A stretch of DNA of 64,000 nt, taken from IMG/VR virus record IMGVR_UViG_3300024308_000302, positions 226,158 to 290,157 of that record. The stretch is one strand, 5' to 3'. Below the pieces are notes generated by a model, which made no database searches, had not been told where the DNA came from, and saw only the letters and a program-made list of their open reading frames with translations. This document shows, piece after piece, positions 61,697-64,000 of the stretch. The translations under genes and the position numbers were made by a program. Every line of letters starts with the position of its first letter. The stretch's first letter is position 1.

Positions 61697-62356
61697 TTAG
61701 GTGAACAGATGTTCACCAATTGCAAACTTTTGACTTGCACTATCAACATTATTCAAAGAAGGAAGATATTCAATGATGTAATCAGGAACTGATTCCTCGG
61801 AGAAAAATAGCGTGTAGTCAAAAAGCATAATGAAAGCAGACAAATTGTAAACAACAGAAGAAAGCGTACTAACATCTGTGAGCAATTCAGCACCTGAATT
61901 ATAGATGATAGCATGTGCATCTTTGTCAGCTACACCTTTTGAATCAAATGCAAAAATGTAGTTTTCATGTGCTTTTGGCTTATGAAGACAAACTGACAAC
62001 GACTTACAGTTTTGATGGTAAGCTTCTCGAATATCATAAATATTAGAATCAAAAGTGATTCGAACAGGAACATCAACATAATCCACACCAGCAATTCCAA
62101 TAAGTTTACCTACACGAACAGTAAAATATTTGGAATAGCTATCTTCAATCTCTTTCTGAATGTCCAAAAATGTCATTGCTTTGTTCACACAGTCATCAAG
62201 ACCTGACCCAACAATGACTTTATAATCATTCTTATTAAAAAAACGCAATTGACAAGAATCTGGAGAATTACTTGCAACTTTAGCTGAATCATGTTCAATA
62301 GTCGGAGCATAAATACTAAGCCAGTGATTTCTTTCTTCTTGTGTATATTTTTTCAT
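61697..62356 (-). CDS. hypothetical protein
   Basis: 219 aa. Confidence 0.75.
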   Translation of the reverse strand: MKKYTQEERNHWLSIYAPTIEHDSAKVASNSPDSCQLRFFNKNDYKVIVGSGLDDCVNKAMTFLDIQKEIEDSYSKYFTVRVGKLIGIAGVDYVDVPVRITFDSNIYDIREAYHQNCKSLSVCLHKPKAHENYIFAFDSKGVADKDAHAIIYNSGAELLTDVSTLSSVVYNLSAFIMLFDYTLFFSEESVPDYIIEYLPSLNNVDSASQKFAIGEHLFT

Positions 62357-62408
62357 TTTTGAAGATCTCTTAAATTGAAGTATGGATTATATCAAAAACC
62401 AATACAAA

Positions 62409-62876
62409 TTAGCAATCAAAAACATCAAAACGATGAACCAAAGACTGATCTTCTTCTTTAATAATACGCAAACTCAAAAGTTTGAAGTTATCAATATTCA
62501 AATCACTACGACCAATGCTTGACATAACTGTATGGTAGTTATCAACAAAATATTTAGAACGGTCAATAATTTCAGAAATAACCAAATCATCAGGGACTTC
62601 TTCAATATAAATCTGTACTGAATTATATTTATTGCCATGTTGAGCTTCGGATGGATAAATATCGACTGGACTATAGCATTCAGACCCCGGATTTTCTGGA
62701 TCTTCAATATGAATGATGTTTTCTTTAAACCAATCAAGATTTTGAATATCAGCAGAATATTTTTTTGAAATCTCTGCTCCAACACCAGAATCACCCCACT
62801 CACCCGTTACAAATGCACAAAAATTACGTTCAAAATTGCCAGCATAACTGTTAGTATCAATAATCAGGTAGTACAT
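62409..62876 (-). CDS. hypothetical protein, paralog of 61203..61679
   Basis: 155 aa, GAGGA RBS. Confidence 0.8.
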   Translation of the reverse strand: MYYLIIDTNSYAGNFERNFCAFVTGEWGDSGVGAEISKKYSADIQNLDWFKENIIHIEDPENPGSECYSPVDIYPSEAQHGNKYNSVQIYIEEVPDDLVISEIIDRSKYFVDNYHTVMSSIGRSDLNIDNFKLLSLRIIKEEDQSLVHRFDVFDC

Positions 62877-62935
62877 AATAAGTCCTCTTTAAAAGTTAAT
62901 TATATAGCAAAAAAAGTAAAAATAAAAGAAATATT

Positions 62936-64000
62936 TTAAATTTTAAGCATTTGATATAGTTCAATAGATTTATTACAAAGGTCTTGATTTTCTATTCCAG
63001 TAACAGCAGAAATCTTATCCAACAAGGATTTTTTCAAGTGCTCATAAATATTATCAATACCACGAATACAAAGTGGTTCATAATCAAATTCTTCTGTCCT
63101 ACATTCATAAACCAAACAATCAGAATGGGTAGTAATATATAGGTCTTGCCATCCATTAATTTTTTGATTATGTGTGAAAGTTATATTGTATAAATAATGT
63201 TCATCTCGAAATTTATTTATTACATCTTGAAATCTGATTTCAATTTTAAATTTTTTTGAATAAAAATCTAAATCATCCAATTGTTCTTTAAAAACAAGAA
63301 TACTAAAAATTTCATTTAGTTTATTCAAATGATCATTACTTAAAAATGGGCTAAGGTATTTTTGAACTTTATAATTTGTGATATCAAATTCATGAGACTT
63401 AGATCCATTAATTAAATCCAAGTTAACAATAGAATCCGATTCGTTTTTTTTATGAAATAAATTATTAAATTCTGTAGCTGTATAATATGAAATCTTGTTA
63501 TCAACAATTATAGAATTAATAAACTCTTTTAAATCTAAGTTCATAGTATGAATGAAAGACTTAGCTGTGATATTGGCAGGCAATAAAGCATTAAGTGTAG
63601 TTAATCTTTCTTGATACGTTTTTTCATAAGCTGTTCCATCTATAAGTTCATTAAGAGAAAACTCATCAAAATGAAATCTAATTTTCAGATTACTTAAACT
63701 TGTTTTATTAAATACTGCAAACATAAGCCTTGGTCCATGACTAAACATAACATTCTTATTAGTGTAAATAATTTTAACTTTAAATGATTGTTTAGTCTCG
63801 CCCTTCTGAATATAATCAAGAAGCCACATAATAGATTCTAATTGTGCAATTTTATGACTGTCAAGATTGAAAAATAGAGAAACAATTTCTTCAAATCTAT
63901 GATCATATTCAAAATGATAAACACGCGGCAATACTTCTGAATCATCATGTTCATATTTTTTTTGAATTGCATCTACAAATTCATCATAAAAAGATGGCAT
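62936..64000 (-). CDS. paralog family A protein with C-terminal signature
   Basis: begins MPSFYDE (cf. MPTFYDD at 46243); ends IELYQMLKI*. Confidence 0.85.
   Translation of the reverse strand: MPSFYDEFVDAIQKKYEHDDSEVLPRVYHFEYDHRFEEIVSLFFNLDSHKIAQLESIMWLLDYIQKGETKQSFKVKIIYTNKNVMFSHGPRLMFAVFNKTSLSNLKIRFHFDEFSLNELIDGTAYEKTYQERLTTLNALLPANITAKSFIHTMNLDLKEFINSIIVDNKISYYTATEFNNLFHKKNESDSIVNLDLINGSKSHEFDITNYKVQKYLSPFLSNDHLNKLNEIFSILVFKEQLDDLDFYSKKFKIEIRFQDVINKFRDEHYLYNITFTHNQKINGWQDLYITTHSDCLVYECRTEEFDYEPLCIRGIDNIYEHLKKSLLDKISAVTGIENQDLCNKSIELYQMLKI

Noticed and set aside
1-64000. Alternative genetic code (stop-codon reassignment) as in some large phages
   Set aside because: Genes are long and dense under code 11, and TAA, TGA and TAG all end genes at sensible positions.

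Overview
Very AT-rich, gene-dense segment, mostly coding on the minus strand, of what looks like a large extrachromosomal replicon (jumbo phage or megaplasmid; no structural, replication or conjugation genes are in this window, so I cannot decide which). Most genes are short transcription units with sigma70-like promoters and hairpin terminators, often with a UUCG loop. Recognisable items: three tRNAs (initiator-like Met-CAT, Pro-TGG, Leu-TAA); a tnpB-only IS200/IS605-family element that interrupts a small membrane-protein gene; a DUF5565/C12orf29-like ligase; a DEDDh exonuclease; a 2H phosphoesterase (Acb1-like); a CX5R phosphatase; and NDT-like, MazG-like, ASCH, VWA, bPH_2 and cyclic-phosphate receiver proteins. 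Two patterns are not explained by these annotations. (1) Fourteen otherwise divergent 215-371 aa proteins from several families end in the same C-terminal signature, hydrophobic-x-hydrophobic-x-x-M-x-x-hydrophobic-STOP, a candidate sorting or docking signal. (2) At 9.3-16.0 kb there is an integrase-free tandem array of AT-rich cargo blocks (HEPN/Zn-ribbon protein, PD-(D/E)XK nuclease and others), separated by exact and diverged copies of the ligase gene's 3' end plus terminator and a shared junction motif. All family calls are by-eye motif recognition, not database searches. Several ORF starts were moved to the codon next to a visible RBS.
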